64,000 nt of DNA, taken from assembly GCA_977017645.1 (NCBI GenBank), contig OZ360233.1, positions 18,414,001 through 18,478,000 on the forward strand, written 5' to 3'. This DNA is from Torpedo marmorata. Its lineage: Eukaryota. Both the position numbers and the translations under genes were made by a program. The notes under the pieces are model-generated. The model saw only the letters and a list, made by a program, of their open reading frames with translations. It did no database searches and was not told where the DNA came from. The number at the start of each line of letters is the position of its first letter. Position 1 is the first letter of the stretch. Positions 60,598 to 64,000 of this stretch are shown here, piece after piece.

Positions 60598-61034
60598 ATA
60601 CGTGTCGTGTGTTGCTTCCTTATGATTTTGACCACGCTGCCCGGTGATTTTTTGTCTGATTGTTCACCGAGTGTCCCACAAGTTGAACACGCTCGTGGAT
60701 TGTTCATTCATTGTGTCATTTGTTGCAGGAACGAGTGGGAAGGATTCAGTGACCCAGGACCCTCCTGAAATAACGGATGAGGAAGGGGAGACCATAGTAA
60801 TGAACTGTACTTGCACGACAGCATATGGAAATATATTCTGGTACATACAACGTTGCGGGGAATCTCCAAAATACGTGCTGAAGACATATACTGTAGTACA
60901 GGACAGATTCAACGGTCTCCAGAATGTCAGGAGAGGCTTACCGCTTCCTTGGAAAAAGGTAGCAAGATGTTTCATTTAAATATTTCCGGGATGTTCGTGT
61001 CGGACTGCGCCGTGTATTTCTGCGCCATGGAGCC
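60598..61034 (+). pseudogene. Family-A V pseudogene (ATG>ATA, frameshift); duplicate of 1-290
   Basis: Leader begins ACCATA; V exon from 60729 has the same frameshift as the copy at the window start. RSS: CACACTG 61035-61041, 23 bp, ATAAATACT. Confidence 0.9.
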
Positions 61035-63286
61035 CACACTGTTGCTAGTAGATGGCGAATCCGAATAAATACTCCGGCTGTGCGCTTGAAGAGCGAAACA
61101 GGTGTAATGCACATGCATTTCGCGAGCGTCACGTGGTCTCCTTCAGAGGATGAAACTCAGCGCAAAACTCGCCCGAATTTCAGCAATTCGTCTTTGTTAC
61201 GAACCGTACGCATGAGCACAAATAAGCAATTTTCATAGGTTTAACGGGGCATCTCAGTGTCGTTTATAAACAACAACACACAACGGTTGACAATTCTCCC
61301 GGAAATCGTCTATAAACCACTTTTTTCGAGTTTCTCGTAATTGTTACACCGGGGTTAAAGGGAAACATGGAGAGAGAGTAAACTTTTCATTCCCAAAACA
61401 TCGTATAAGGTGTCACGTGCAAGGCTACTTCCCAAAAGATAAATTAAGTTAGATTATTCTGCATGGATGAAGGAAACGACTCGTTAAAAGAAAACAAGTA
61501 GTGGAGACAAATCGGCAATTATCCGATGGACAATTAATTACTGGTCGAGAGCCACATCATTCAATGTGTTGTCTCATCGAGTGAACATCCACGTTATTTA
61601 TCTCGAGCCAATGTCCTTGCGTCATGTCATGGCATTGGCGATTGATACAGCGAAAGGTGGATTAGAAAGGAGTGAGTGGGAAGAGAAATAGAGAGGGGAG
61701 AGAGAGTAGTTCGCAAGGATCACAGAGAATGACAGAGGAGAGAGGGAGTGAGAGAGGGAAAGAGAGGGAAATGGGGGAGGGGAGAAAGAGGGAGGGAGAG
61801 AGATACGAAATATGAAGAGAGTGAAAAATGAGAGAAAAAATACTGCGAATGGCGACCGATTGGCTCAGCTCTGTTTCACCGGAAAATCACGCAGCAGTGT
61901 GATACCACGTTTTTTCACCAAGTGAAGACTGCCTGCTGGTATTATTGTACTGCACCATATAGGTCGAGGTACAAAGCCCTTGAAAGTAACCAGTCCCTCG
62001 CTGGAGCCTGCTGCCACACACCATGCGTGGACCGGGTCCCTATATTGGCCGTGTTGCCTGCCGGATCTCTGTTACAGTGGCCAGAGTGGGTCCCGCGGGA
62101 TACGTAGAAGCCCAGGCTGTTCACGAACTCATTTCAGGAACGTGTGGGAGACTTTCAGTGACCTTGGACCGAGGAAGGATAGACCGTAGTACTGAACTGT
62201 AGTTACCCGATAGGTGGTGAACATACTTTTGGTGCATTCTGCATCGTCGGGTGGGGTTGCAGAGTATTCGTTGAAGGAATTCAGCACAGGAAACATGGGC
62301 CAGCCACCAGAATGTCCGGAGAGGTTTACCGCTCTTCTATAGAAGACAGCAGGATGGCTCATCTAAATATTACCCCGCTGTTGCTGTCGCACTCCGTCGT
62401 GTATCTTGGTGCCATGCAGCCCACACTGTTGCAGGGCGATGGAGAACAAAAGCCGATCATGTGTGCTACAAAGAGCGTGCACGAGAGTTGGCCATAGCAT
62501 GAAATCCAAAGTGACAGCAAGTAAAATGCGTGGGTCACGTGGTCTCCATTAAAAGGGCGATAATCGGGAGCAAATATTCCCCAATTTTCAGGAATTGATC
62601 CTAAATTCGACTCATACCCCCAATCACAGATAGAGCCATCATATTGGATTTATACCATGAGGACGCCAGAGGGCGCGCTGAGGCGGGAAAGTGTCGGAAG
62701 CGACGCTTAGAAAAAGAATTCACCGTAGCTTGAGGAATTTATATTGAATGCAAGTTAATACGATTAAGAACATCACACAGGATTTCGAGAAAACCTTAAT
62801 GTCTCTCACCCCATTATCTACAACAGGACATGGCGCGCGAAAACATTGCAGGAAAACGTTTTTCACAACATTGTTGGAGCTCGCTGCATGGAGAACGACC
62901 TGGCGATACATCGAATTTATCTCTCGAGAAAGCAAAAGATAAGGTGTTGAAACTATGATTCAGCTAGAGTGTCTTGCCATGTGTAGGGGATAGAACCACT
63001 AATGGTAAACTGTGAGGAAAAAGGGATTTTATTGGATGGTTAGTAAATAACTAGAACGATGTCACAGGATTCAAGGTGTGTCTCATCGAGCTCTTCCTCG
63101 CAATGATGATCCCGATAAATGCAACACGTGCAATGACATGGAAATGGCGCAGAACATATGACATGGAGTCGCATTTTGAGAGAAGAGGTAGAAAGGGCAA
63201 AGTGGAGAGAGACGTGTAGATGCAGAGAATTGCGAGTAAAGAGCGAGGGAAAGATATCGAAAACAGAAAAGCAGAAAGAGAGAGAG

Positions 63287-63339
<53 letters not shown>

Positions 63340-64000
63340 ATGCGGGGAGAAAAGAGAGATAACGAGAATTTGGTGAAAGGTGGCAGGATGAGGGAGAAAG
63401 AGAAGGGTTATGCGTACAAATGACAAGGTGAACGCGGCCAGGATACAGAGGAAGTGATTGTCAGAAGAATGTCAGAATTAGTGCGATATGGTCGCAAGTA
63501 CGCAGGTACGGAGAGACAGTAAGGGCGCAGCTGAGAGCGAGGACGTTAGAGAAACAGAGGGAAGTAAAGAAAGAGTAATGGAGGAAGAGAAAAGCTTAGT
63601 GCAAAAAGAAATGGAGAGGGATGCAGCAATAAAGCACATCCTGAAAGATTTGTCGATTGTCAGCAGGGGGCGTTCTCGCCCCGTAGGTCTTCTGTTCGTA
63701 CTTGCCCTGGACACCGATGCGACAGATCGATAGGTCTGAATCCATGAGAAAGTTGCACGAACGTTGACTCCACAAGTTCGGAGAGTCGTTCACTAGAGGT
63801 CGTATTCACCCCGCAGATCGTCGGAGGACACCTCAGCCTCCAGAGAGGTGAGAGGAGAGAGAGAGAGAGAGAGAGTGGGGGGGGGGGTAAGAGAAGAAGC
63901 AATATGGAGAGTAAATGACAGAGATAGGGAAGTGGAGTCATAGAGAAAACAACTGAACTGCACTTAAAAGAAGCAATGAGATCAATTGAAATGGAGCAAA
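60745..64000 (+). repeat. Segmental duplication copy 2 of 1-3256
   Basis: Near-identical sequence running to the window end. Confidence 0.92.
62023..62421 (+). pseudogene. Degenerate V pseudogene (17-bp spacer); duplicate of 1280-1678
   Basis: YLGAMQ. RSS: CACACTG 62422-62428, 17 bp, ACAAAAGCC. Confidence 0.85.

Overview
This is eukaryotic (vertebrate) DNA containing a tandem cluster of T-cell receptor alpha/delta-type variable (V) gene segments, all on the + strand. The LINE content (CR1/HER1-like with a (GGTTATAT)n tail, L1, Rex1/Babar, Penelope) suggests a cartilaginous fish, probably a ray or skate; that assignment is an inference. I count about 26 V segments or remnants. Each intact gene has a 46-nt phase-1 leader exon, a ~80-86 nt intron, a ~301-nt V exon (DSVTQ...C..Y...FWY.Q..GE.PKY.L...D.AVYLCA) and a 23-spacer RSS whose heptamer is usually CACACTG. 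Eleven have intact reading frames: four of family B (20.0, 22.8, 30.1, 36.2 kb) and seven of family A in a ~2.45-kb tandem array (42.8-58.0 kb). The rest are pseudogenes. No D, J or C segments were seen. An 11-kb nest of L1 fragments lies at 4.4-15.4 kb, and the first ~3.2 kb of the window recurs almost identically at 60.7-64 kb. The most notable observations are: (1) a second, intact, in-phase leader exon with its own promoter-like sequence upstream of every open-frame family-B V; (2) co-oriented CTCF-like motifs just 3' of RSSs and upstream of promoters; (3) a conserved extra Cys after CDR2 in both families; (4) a pseudogene lineage with 17-bp RSS spacers; (5) a V exon deleted exactly at a heptamer-like repeat; (6) a tailless tRNA-Cys retrocopy.
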